Source: Halomicrobium mukohataei DSM 12286
GTDB lineage: Archaea; Halobacteriota; Halobacteria; Halobacteriales; Haloarculaceae
NCBI RefSeq assembly: GCF_000023965.1
Contig: NC_013202.1
Location: forward strand, 450,001-482,000
DNA length: 32,000 bases
Reading direction: 5' to 3'
Shown here: positions 7,449 through 14,038 of the stretch, piece after piece
Numbering within the stretch: the first letter of the stretch is position 1
How the letters are laid out: every line of letters begins with the position of its first letter
The notes under the pieces: generated by a model
The model's database searches: none
Told to the model about the DNA's origin: nothing
The model's input: only the letters and a program-made list of their open reading frames with translations
Translations under genes and position numbers: made by a program

Positions 7449-8020
7449 GCGACCACCTCGGTCAGCGACTCGATCGCGTCGACGGTCTCGTCGGTCGGCT
7501 CTCCGAGCAGGTCCTCCATCGCTCGCTGGTCGTCTAACTCAACGACGGCCTGCTCGAACCGAGCGAGCGAGACGCCCCAGTGTCCCTGGACGTGCTTGTC
7601 GGCCAGCAGCCGGTCGTCGTACCCGTCGAGTCCGTCCTGCTGGTGGCGCACTGTGTCGGCCCACCGAGCGACCTGCCCCTCCCACTCGCCCCGGTCCATC
7701 TCCGCGTAGGTGAGGAGAGTCTGCGGGTCGTCGGTCTCGATGTCGTCGGGCAGGCAGTTGGACAGCCACACTTCGATCATCGACGGGCCGCCGGGGACCT
7801 TCGCCGCGATCACGTCGCAGAGTTCATCGACGCGGCTCTCGATGTCGAGCGGGTCGGTCTCCGGTTCCATGCCGGCCGTCTCCATCACGTCGATGTACGA
7901 CTCTCTCGGCCGGTTCTCCATCTCTGCCAGTACCCGAGCGGCTGCCCGGATCTTCTCGGAGTCGTGAGGGTTGTCTAGCTGCTTCTTCATCTCGCGCATC
8001 TCGTTGAGCTTCTGCATCAT
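7445..8020 (-). CDS. Hypothetical acidic protein (provirus)
   Basis: 191-aa ORF (MMQKLNEMREMKKQLDNPHD...) with ATGA overlaps at both ends. I recognise no motif. Confidence 0.65.
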   Translation of the reverse strand: MMQKLNEMREMKKQLDNPHDSEKIRAAARVLAEMENRPRESYIDVMETAGMEPETDPLDIESRVDELCDVIAAKVPGGPSMIEVWLSNCLPDDIETDDPQTLLTYAEMDRGEWEGQVARWADTVRHQQDGLDGYDDRLLADKHVQGHWGVSLARFEQAVVELDDQRAMEDLLGEPTDETVDAIESLTEVVA

Positions 8021-8622
8021 AGGCTGAGGTCCATGTCTTCCGCGATGTCACTGATAGCGTCCTGTGCCATGTCGGTCTCCGTGAGGATCACGACGAGCGC
8101 CAGCCCGGCCGTTCCGACGGCCACCTTCGTGCCGGGCGAGGTGTCGGCCCCAATACCGGCATCTTGTAGCCACTCATCCACCGCGTCGTCCATCTCGACC
8201 GGCGGTGATCGGGCCAGATCCTCGATGGCCTCGGCGTCCTTGCCGGTCTCGCCGTCGCTCGCCTCGGCGATCTCCCCGAGGAGGAGCGCCAGCATGGTGA
8301 CGTACTGCTCGCCCCATGATTCGCCGTCTGGTAGCGCCGGCTGTGTGGCCGTCTCGTCGGTTTCTTCGCTGTCGGGGTCGTCGGTGCCTGTCGTCTCGTC
8401 GCCGCTGTCGTCGCCGCCCTCGTCGTCGGGAGCGGCCTGCTCCTCAATCGCCTCCGTGTCGAGTTCGAGACCGTCGAGGTCGGCCTGCTCGTCCGGCTCG
8501 ATGTCCGGCAGGTCCTCCTCGGTCTCCTCTCCCTGCTCGTCGGCCGGCTCCTCCTCGGTCTCCTCTCCCTGCTCGTCGGCCGGCTCCTCCTCGACCGGCT
8601 CCTCGGTCTCGCTCACAGTCAT
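8017..8622 (-). CDS. Highly acidic protein with a C-terminal-region TM segment (provirus)
   Basis: Internal ATG at 8622 of track ORF 8017..9225 (MTVSETEEPVEEEPADEQGEETEE...). The TM segment is VAVGTAGLALVVIL. It has an ATGA overlap with 8619..9200 and contains a 36-bp tandem duplication. Confidence 0.65.
   Translation of the reverse strand: MTVSETEEPVEEEPADEQGEETEEEPADEQGEETEEDLPDIEPDEQADLDGLELDTEAIEEQAAPDDEGGDDSGDETTGTDDPDSEETDETATQPALPDGESWGEQYVTMLALLLGEIAEASDGETGKDAEAIEDLARSPPVEMDDAVDEWLQDAGIGADTSPGTKVAVGTAGLALVVILTETDMAQDAISDIAEDMDLSL
8515..8586. repeat. Perfect 36-bp tandem duplication inside a CDS
   Basis: ctcctcggtctcctctccctgctcgtcggccggctc occurs at 8515-8550 and again at 8551-8586, with a 7-nt start of a third copy. 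It encodes a duplicated 12-aa acidic block (protein segment EEEPADEQGEETEEEPADEQGEETEE). Confidence 0.9.
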
Positions 8623-9200
8623 ACCCACCCCTCGCCCTCCTCGACCGGGTCGGCGTCCGATACCTCGCTCTCGACTTCCATCGGCTCCTGGTCGTCGTCG
8701 CTGTCGGTGCCGGTCGCCAGCAGGATAGCCAGCCCGAGGGCCAGCGTAGCACCGAGGATTACCAGCCCTGACGGGCCAGATTGGCCGGTATCTGGCTGGC
8801 CTCCCGATTGCTGATTCTGGCCGTCTGACTGGTTCTCCTCGGTGTTCTCGCTGCCCTCCTCGCTGGTCTGTTGCTCGATCTGTTGCTCGTACTCCTCGGT
8901 CTGGTCCATTTCTGGCTGGTCTTTCTCGCTGGTTTCCTCGGTCTCTGGTTGCTCTCTGGCCGGATCTTGCTGGCCTTCGTCCTCGTCTCCCTCGGTAGCA
9001 GCCGCTCCACCCGTTCCGGGCGGGTCGTCGTCGCTGCTGTCCTCGTTGGTCTCGTCGTCCTGCTGGCCCTCGACGGCGGCCCGGATCTTGGGCCAGTCGT
9101 GCTTTCCGTCGGACCCCATCGAGTTGCTGTGAGACCGGAGACCGGCCAGACTGTCGCCGCTGTAGTCGCACCCGTCGATCGGGCAAGTGTAGTTGCTCAT
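8619..9200 (-). CDS. Membrane protein with an N-terminal Cys/His zinc-finger-like motif and an acidic Gln/Glu-rich linker (provirus)
   Basis: 193-aa ORF. The motif YTCPIDGCDYSGDSLAGLRSH...H is C2H2-like with atypical His spacing. The TM segment is LVILGATLALGLAILLA. It has ATGA overlaps at both ends. Confidence 0.65.
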   Translation of the reverse strand: MSNYTCPIDGCDYSGDSLAGLRSHSNSMGSDGKHDWPKIRAAVEGQQDDETNEDSSDDDPPGTGGAAATEGDEDEGQQDPAREQPETEETSEKDQPEMDQTEEYEQQIEQQTSEEGSENTEENQSDGQNQQSGGQPDTGQSGPSGLVILGATLALGLAILLATGTDSDDDQEPMEVESEVSDADPVEEGEGWV

Positions 9201-10657
9201 GTGTAGTTGAGAATGCCGCCCTCATCGTCTAACGCGGCCTTCTTCGCCTCTGCGGCCGCTACCTGTACCGTCTCGTTTGTCGATTTGAAACCGATCTCGT
9301 CGGGGTCGATCAGGTCGACGTACTCCATCGCGACGGCCTCCGCTTCGGGAGCGTCGGGGAGTCCGCTCGCTACGTCGATCGTCCCCGGCGGGCCGTGGAG
9401 CCTCACCACCCAGTCGTTGCGGGCCGCTCGGTCGATAGCGACCTTGTACGGCCCCGCTGTCCACGTCGTCCCCTCCCGAGTCCAGGCCGACGGGAGTGGC
9501 CCGACCGCGTCGTCCTCGTTCTCCCCGGTGAGCGTCACCTGCCGATCCTCTCCGGGGGTCTCCTCGGGCGACACGCCTGCCGAGAGTTGGGCCTGGCCTT
9601 CGCTGGCGAACGTGTCGGCCGTCTCGATCACCTCGGCCGGCTCGTCGTCCCGATCGTCGCCGCGCAGGTCGTCGGGCCGCCGGTCAGCCGGATCGGGCCG
9701 GGTCGGCTCTCGCTCTGCGAGCTCGGAGTCGGCGAGTTCGTCCCGATCGCCGCCGGGTTCCTGGGCGAAGTGATCCAGCGTCTTGACGATCGGGACCGAG
9801 CCGGGCATCGAGTCGAGCGAGTCGAGCAGGGTATGGAGCCGGTTCGGGTGTAGCTCCGGCTGGCCGTTGGCCTCCCTGATCCGGTTGATGGCCCGCCACG
9901 ACTGCCGGGCGTCGATCACTGCCTGTCGGGCGTCCGCTATCGCCGTTTCGAGGTCGCCCACGGCGTTCTTGTAGCCGCCCCAGGAACGCCGGAGCGCACC
10001 GGCCACCTCGGGCCGTAGCTCCATCTCCGGGTACTCGTCGCCGCCGACCGTGACGAGTTCCGTCTGCTCGCCGTCGTCGGCGTGATCCTCGTCGAGGAAC
10101 TGCTGCACTTCCTCCTCGTCGTAGCCGCAGGTCTCGGTGAGGAACTCGCAGGCTTCGGGATCACCCGCCTCGCAGTGGCCCCGTGCGTGGTCGCATCGCT
10201 CGCCCTTTGCCGTCTGGGCAGCGTCAGCGGCCTTCTCGTCGGCACTCTCCTGCTCGTCGGTGCGCTTGCCGCTCTCGCGGCTGGCGTCGGCCATCACCTC
10301 GCGGTGTTCGTCGACAGTCAGAGTGCCGTCGTAGTAGCTCACCCAGTCCTCGACGCCCTCGGACCGAGCGATCCCCTTGACCGCCTTCGCGTGGGGTACC
10401 GAGGCGCGTGCCTTCCCGAAGTCGATCCGGTCGCGCTCGCCGTCACTGAGCGGCACCTGACCGGGACCGTCGCTCCCTTCGCCCCGACTGTCCTCGGCTT
10501 CGAGTCGTTCGGCGTCGAGCACATGGTCGGGCGTGTCGGCGTCGGAGTAGGCGACGGTCTTCAGCCGACGGTCGTCGTCGGTACACAGATACTCCTCGTG
10601 TCGGTCTCTCGCGGCGTCTGCCGCGTCTTTACTCCCGTACTCGATACGTGTCGTCAC
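9197..10657 (-). CDS. Large acidic hypothetical protein, first gene of the long operon (provirus)
   Basis: 486-aa ORF with a GTG start. It has a Cys/His cluster (CDHARGHCEAGDPEACEFLTETC) and long acidic, apparently disordered stretches. I recognise no catalytic motif. Confidence 0.65.
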   Translation of the reverse strand: MTTRIEYGSKDAADAARDRHEEYLCTDDDRRLKTVAYSDADTPDHVLDAERLEAEDSRGEGSDGPGQVPLSDGERDRIDFGKARASVPHAKAVKGIARSEGVEDWVSYYDGTLTVDEHREVMADASRESGKRTDEQESADEKAADAAQTAKGERCDHARGHCEAGDPEACEFLTETCGYDEEEVQQFLDEDHADDGEQTELVTVGGDEYPEMELRPEVAGALRRSWGGYKNAVGDLETAIADARQAVIDARQSWRAINRIREANGQPELHPNRLHTLLDSLDSMPGSVPIVKTLDHFAQEPGGDRDELADSELAEREPTRPDPADRRPDDLRGDDRDDEPAEVIETADTFASEGQAQLSAGVSPEETPGEDRQVTLTGENEDDAVGPLPSAWTREGTTWTAGPYKVAIDRAARNDWVVRLHGPPGTIDVASGLPDAPEAEAVAMEYVDLIDPDEIGFKSTNETVQVAAAEAKKAALDDEGGILNYT

Positions 10658-10700
10658 GGGGGAGATGTCACCACCATACCCAACACTACCGACCTGTCTA

Positions 10701-10708
10701 GTATAAAA
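10701..10708 (-). promoter_or_regulatory. Candidate TATA box for the 9197..10657 operon
   Basis: The minus strand reads TTTTATAC in the A/T-richer gap at 10658-10758, about 45 nt upstream of the GTG start. Confidence 0.35.
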
Positions 10709-10758
10709 TCTGTCAACGAATGGATGAATGAGTGATTGACTGAGACGATGAGGGTCGT

Positions 10759-11385
10759 CTACCGGTCAGTAGCCGTGTCTACAGCACAGTCGTTTCCGCC
10801 GTCCGTAGCCGCAACTAAGGTCGTCTGTTCGGTCACATCGGGCACTTCCCCCGCTACTGGTGCTCCGCCACCTTTTCGATCGACGGAGAGCGCGATATCG
10901 TACCCGGACCAGTTCGGGGTGCGGAAGTAGTAGGTAGCGACCCGTTCCCAGCCGTCCCAGCCGTCGAGTCCGTCGGAGTTGTAGCCGAACGTCAGGACGT
11001 GGCCGCCGGGCGCGGTAACGTTCGCAATCGCACCTCTGGCCTCCCACTTCCGGCCGACGTGGTTCCCGTCGTAGTGTCGTTCAGCCATCTCAGCGGTGTA
11101 CGGCGGGTCGTAGACGACGGTGTCGAAGTGGTCGCGATCGAAGTGGTCGTCAATCTCACGAACGTCGAAGTGGGTGTCAACATCCCGATCCTCGTCGATG
11201 TCGTTCCGGGTGATCGGGCCGTCGTGGTCGAGGCTCGTCTTTCCGGCGCAGGCGTTCAAAACCTCCCCAGCGAGCCACTTTTCGACGATCGCCCGAATCT
11301 GTGGAACCTCGAATGTCCACGGCGAGAGGTGGACCGGCTCGCCGTCCTCGGTCTTCCCGCCGATCTTGATTCGCTCGACCGTCAC
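10759..11385 (-). CDS. SAM-dependent methyltransferase with a DPPY motif (DNA N6A/N4C-type or RsmD-like)
   Basis: Motif I-like VLNACAGKTS is followed about 50 aa later by TVVYDPPYT (motif IV). I prefer the GTG at 11385 (VTVERIKIGG) as the start because it overlaps the upstream small ORF stop as GTGA. The track uses TTG at 11436. Confidence 0.75.
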   Translation of the reverse strand: MTVERIKIGGKTEDGEPVHLSPWTFEVPQIRAIVEKWLAGEVLNACAGKTSLDHDGPITRNDIDEDRDVDTHFDVREIDDHFDRDHFDTVVYDPPYTAEMAERHYDGNHVGRKWEARGAIANVTAPGGHVLTFGYNSDGLDGWDGWERVATYYFRTPNWSGYDIALSVDRKGGGAPVAGEVPDVTEQTTLVAATDGGNDCAVDTATDR

Positions 11386-11537
11386 GCGGACCACCTCCGA
11401 CCGCAGGTTTCGCAGACCCAGCAATCGCCATCCCAACCGTGGAGAGTGTCACTGACGCAACGGTGGCAGTAGCGGAGCTGCGGCGACTCATCGGACGGGT
11501 GTTGTGGCGCTTGCCCGATCCGGTCAGTACTGCTCAT
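11382..11537 (-). CDS. Small zinc-ribbon protein, 51 aa
   Basis: Below the track cutoff. Translation is MSSTDRIGQAPQHPSDESPQLRYCHRCVSDTLHGWDGDCWVCETCGRRWSA. It has an ATGA overlap with the ASCH gene stop and a GTGA overlap with the methyltransferase start. Confidence 0.5.
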   Translation of the reverse strand: MSSTDRIGQAPQHPSDESPQLRYCHRCVSDTLHGWDGDCWVCETCGRRWSA

Positions 11538-11884
11538 GTACTGACCACCTCGAAAACGATGACTTCGACGTTTGTCGCGGGGAGAATCGTTTTTTGATAG
11601 TGGCTGTTGACACCATCGACCACCTCGTGGACAGTACTTGAACCGTAGTTTGCACCGAACAGGTCGAGTAGATCAGGGACTTCGACTGCCAGCACACTCG
11701 CTGTTCGCTTGATTTTGAGGATGGCGAACTCTAACCCGTCCTGTGTCGTCGCAGGCACATAGCTTCCAACAGCAGGTAACTCCATGTCGTATCGAACGGT
11801 CGCTGTCTTCTCCCCACCCAATATCTCACCGGCGTACGCCTCATCGAACTCCAGTTGTTCGGTACTCTCACTCACGGGAACCAC
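11534..11884 (-). CDS. ASCH (PUA-like) domain protein
   Basis: 116-aa ORF. The N-terminal signature FDEAYAGEILGGEKTATVRYD resembles the ASCH G-x-K-x-x-E/T-x-R pattern. It is visibly more A/T-rich than its surroundings, with many A/T-ending codons. Confidence 0.55.
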   Translation of the reverse strand: MVPVSESTEQLEFDEAYAGEILGGEKTATVRYDMELPAVGSYVPATTQDGLEFAILKIKRTASVLAVEVPDLLDLFGANYGSSTVHEVVDGVNSHYQKTILPATNVEVIVFEVVST

Positions 11885-11999
11885 CCCAGTCGCGGGCGTC
11901 TCGTCGGGTGAGGTGCGTCTGGCAGAGGTCAGTGATCGCGCCGACCCGGCGGCGAGTGTCGTCGTCCTCGATCTCGTCGAGCAGGTCGTCGCGGTTCAT
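11868..11999 (-). CDS. Small acidic hypothetical protein, 43 aa
   Basis: Below the track cutoff. Translation is MNRDDLLDEIEDDDTRRRVGAITDLCQTHLTRRDARDWGGSRE. It has an ATGA overlap with the stop of 11996..12397, and nearly all codons end in G or C. Confidence 0.4.
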   Translation of the reverse strand: MNRDDLLDEIEDDDTRRRVGAITDLCQTHLTRRDARDWGGSRE

Positions 12000-12397
12000 G
12001 ACTCCCACCCCATGAGTTGGTACGACGTGTCTCCGTAGACGTTGTTCTGGCGTCGGAGGTACCCGCGCTTGTGGAGCTTCCGGAGCACCTGCGTCCGGAT
12101 TTCGCTCTTTGGGATGTTCAGGACCGACGCCAGCAGCGTCAGAGCGACACTGCCCCGGACGTAGCCCTCGGGACTGGCGTGCTCACACAGCCGCTTGTAG
12201 GCGGTGCCCAGTCGGTCGTCCTGCGGTGGGGCGAGCGGCGTAGTGTTGTCGTGCTCGGTGTCGCAGGTCTGGGCCATGAGGGTCCGAAGTGCCTCGCTCC
12301 GGCTGCCATACTGGGACTCCTCAACCCAGCTATCGAAGGCGTCCACGAGATCGTCGTCGGCGCTGAAGCTGACTGACGCCCCGCCAGCCGTCTGCAT
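11996..12397 (-). CDS. Transcriptional regulator with an N-terminal ribbon-helix-helix and a C-terminal winged-helix-like domain
   Basis: I prefer the ATG at 12397 (MQTAGGASVSFSADDDLVDAFDSWVEESQYGSRSEALRTLMAQ = RHH pattern). The C-terminal segment ALTLLASVLNIPKSEIRTQVLRKLHKRGYLRRQ is wHTH-like. Confidence 0.65.
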   Translation of the reverse strand: MQTAGGASVSFSADDDLVDAFDSWVEESQYGSRSEALRTLMAQTCDTEHDNTTPLAPPQDDRLGTAYKRLCEHASPEGYVRGSVALTLLASVLNIPKSEIRTQVLRKLHKRGYLRRQNNVYGDTSYQLMGWES

Positions 12398-12412
12398 CAC
12401 CACGACCGACCA

Positions 12413-12444
12413 CCTCGATTAATAGATATCGAGGGGTGATTAAT
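12413..12444 (-). promoter_or_regulatory. Candidate promoter/operator: an inverted repeat flanking a TATA-like box, plus a GATTAAT direct repeat
   Basis: CCTCGAT (12413-12419) and ATCGAGG (12428-12434) form a 7-bp inverted repeat. On the minus strand, TATTAAT (12418-12424) lies about 24 nt upstream of the ATG at 12397. GATTAAT occurs at 12417-12423 and 12438-12444, 21 bp apart. Confidence 0.45.
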
Positions 12445-12536
12445 CGCAACACGGCGGAGTGGTGAGCAATGCTTAATGATCCCCCATGTAGGGGTCGCTG
12501 GGAGAGTCGCGCCGGTGTGCGTGCCCGTGCGCCGCG

Positions 12537-12680
12537 TCATCGGCGGACCTCCCAGAAGCAGTCCGTACACGTTTCCTCGCCGTCGACGTAGGTACACTCG
12601 CCGACGTTGCCGCAGGTACAGCGTCCCTCGAACCAGATTCGGCGGTCAGAGGGTGCTGGTGTCTGCTCGTGGGTCGACAT
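12537..12680 (-). CDS. Small zinc-ribbon protein, 47 aa
   Basis: Below the track cutoff. Translation is MSTHEQTPAPSDRRIWFEGRCTCGNVGECTYVDGEETCTDCFWEVRR. The ATG at 12680 directly follows the TAG stop (12683..12681) of the SWIM/HTH gene. Confidence 0.5.
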   Translation of the reverse strand: MSTHEQTPAPSDRRIWFEGRCTCGNVGECTYVDGEETCTDCFWEVRR

Positions 12681-13235
12681 CTACAGGTCACCCCCGAGTT
12701 TTTCGCGGGCAGAAGCCAGCAGGTTCCCGATCGTGCCGGGCGATCGGTCGGTTCGGCGGGCGAAGGGGCGAACGCCCGCGTCGGCTACGTCACAGTGCAG
12801 GAACGCGTCAAGTTCGGCAGGAGAAAGGTCGTCAAGTGGTCGTGATGGTGGGTCGAAGCGGAGCCATGCTGGTGGCTCTGGGTAGTCTCTCCCGGTGTGA
12901 AGGTGCGAGACGACGATCCGACCGCGTACCCACTGCCACCAGAGAGAGGCGACGTGAGCGCACCAGCCGTCGTTGAAGCGGTGTCCTCGACAGTCGCAGT
13001 CGGCCAGTAGCGTCTGGCCTTGGAGTGCCCACGTCACTCTGTGAGAGCCTTCACCGCCGCTGAGACGAACCATGCGCTCGGCGTCGTTGATGGGGCCGCC
13101 CTGGTCCACCTCGGTCTGTGCGCGTTCCCACGGCGTCGAGCTGGTCAGTTGCTCCGGCATGGAGAAGCTCGACGGCCCGCCGATCTCGTCGGGCAGGTCG
13201 TCGCTGGGTTGCCAGCCGGGGCTGGCACGACTCAC
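12681..13235 (-). CDS. SWIM zinc-finger protein with a C-terminal HTH (sigma-70 region 4 / LuxR-like)
   Basis: CDCRGHRFNDGWCAHV matches the SWIM pattern CxCx(n)CxH. The C-terminal segment LSPAELDAFLHCDVADAGVRPFARRTDRSPGTIGNLLASAREKL is HTH-like. The start is GTG at 13235, with an alternative ATG at 13160. Confidence 0.65.
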   Translation of the reverse strand: MSRASPGWQPSDDLPDEIGGPSSFSMPEQLTSSTPWERAQTEVDQGGPINDAERMVRLSGGEGSHRVTWALQGQTLLADCDCRGHRFNDGWCAHVASLWWQWVRGRIVVSHLHTGRDYPEPPAWLRFDPPSRPLDDLSPAELDAFLHCDVADAGVRPFARRTDRSPGTIGNLLASAREKLGGDL

Positions 13236-13411
13236 GCCAGACCACCCCCGTTTTCCTTCGCGAGAGTGCCGGACAGCGGCGGGGTGAATCCCGCGGTGTA
13301 AGTAATTCGCTCAGAGAGGGCTGTTCTTTCCGAACAGTCGAGAGCGAAAAGGCTGTTTGAGGTGTGTGAATCCGGCGAAAAACGGACCTTCGAGATGATC
13401 CGATATAGCGA

Positions 13412-13483
13412 TGGACTCGCCGGGATTTGAACCCGGGGCCTCTTCCTTGCGAAGGAAGCGATCTGCCACTGATCTACGAGCCC
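13412..13483 (-). tRNA. tRNA-Ala (anticodon CGC)
   Basis: The reverse complement is GGGCTCGTAGATCAGTGGCAGATCGCTTCCTTCGCAAGGAAGAGGCCCCGGGTTCAAATCCCGGCGAGTCCA. A 7-bp acceptor stem carries the G3:U70 alanine identity pair. The anticodon loop is TTCGCAA, the T-arm is CCGGG/TTCAAAT/CCCGG, the discriminator is A, and CCA is not encoded. Confidence 0.93.
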
Positions 13484-13508
13484 GCGTTGGCCACTCGCGC
13501 GCGGAACG

Positions 13509-13516
13509 GTTTAAAC
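13509..13516 (-). promoter_or_regulatory. Candidate TATA box for tRNA-Ala
   Basis: GTTTAAAC is centred about 30 nt upstream of the tRNA 5' end at 13483. Confidence 0.45.
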
Positions 13517-13620
13517 CCTGCGCGTGAGAGTGGCGTTCGGGAAGCCGTCACACAGTGGGTCACTGTCGGACGCCGAACGCTGGTTCGAAGCGGACGCGGT
13601 GTCGTAGCCGCGTTCAGTCC

Positions 13621-13723
13621 CGAAAGACGACGATGCCGTCTTTCGATCCTCGCAAACCGTCGGTTTGCTCAGTTCCGGAGGACGCGTAGCGCCCTCCGAC
13701 CTTCGGACTCGCTGAGCGAGTCC
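13621..13723. repeat. Cluster of four short hairpins between rps10 and tRNA-Ala
   Basis: The hairpins are CGAAAGACG/CGTCTTTCG (13621-13645), GCAAACC/GGTTTGC (13652-13668), CGGAGG...CCTCCG with an inner GCG/CGC (13676-13698), and GGACTCGC-TGA-GCGAGTCC (13705-13723). The last one directly abuts the rps10 stop. Confidence 0.7.
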
Positions 13724-14035
13724 TCAGTCCTCGAGGACGATCTCGATGGAGACGTCGTTCGGGACCTGGATCCGCATGAGCTGGCGCAGTGCTCGCTCGT
13801 CGGCGTCGATGTCGATGAGCCGCTTGTGGACGCGCATCTCCCAGTGTTCCCACGTCGCGGTCCCTTCGCCGTCGGGGGACTTGCGGGTGGGGACTTCCAG
13901 CGTCTTGGTCGGTAGCGGGACGGGGCCCGAGAGCTCGACGCCGGTCTTGTTCGCGATCTCGCGAACGTCACCGCAGATGTCGTCGAGGTCCTCGGGACTG
14001 GTCCCTGCCAGCCGGACGCGTGCCTGTTGGGACAT
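13724..14035 (-). CDS. rps10: 30S ribosomal protein S10 (uS10)
   Basis: 103-aa ORF: [44 protein letters not shown]...[30 protein letters not shown]. This is the classic uS10 sequence and it lies 3 nt after tuf. Confidence 0.95.
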   Translation of the reverse strand: MSQQARVRLAGTSPEDLDDICGDVREIANKTGVELSGPVPLPTKTLEVPTRKSPDGEGTATWEHWEMRVHKRLIDIDADERALRQLMRIQVPNDVSIEIVLED

Positions 14036-14038
14036 GCG

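Larger units (their letters stand above)
1..13411 (-). mobile_element. Integrated virus-like element (putative provirus) next to the 3' end of tRNA-Ala. The left end lies outside the window.
   Basis: An integrase sits at the left edge and a tRNA gene abuts the right edge. Nearly all genes are on the minus strand with ATGA/GTGA start-stop overlaps. It contains a packaging-type ATPase, two capsid-size ORFs, many membrane proteins, a methyltransferase and RHH/HTH regulators, and no housekeeping genes. The exact att borders are not visible. Confidence 0.75.

Noticed and set aside
8623-9225. N-terminal 201 aa of track ORF 8017..9225 (402 aa)
   Set aside because: This part is about one-third Arg and overlaps the well-formed acidic ORF 8619..9200 in another frame. 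The real gene starts at the ATG at 8622, where the sequence turns acidic and an ATGA overlap exists.
13400-13410. CCGATATAGCG just outside the tRNA 3' end matches, in inverted orientation, the tuf TATA region (15324-15334); considered as a shared regulatory element or an att core
   Set aside because: It is only an 11-nt match containing a generic TATA-like core. That is too short to separate from chance, and no second copy is visible near the integrase.
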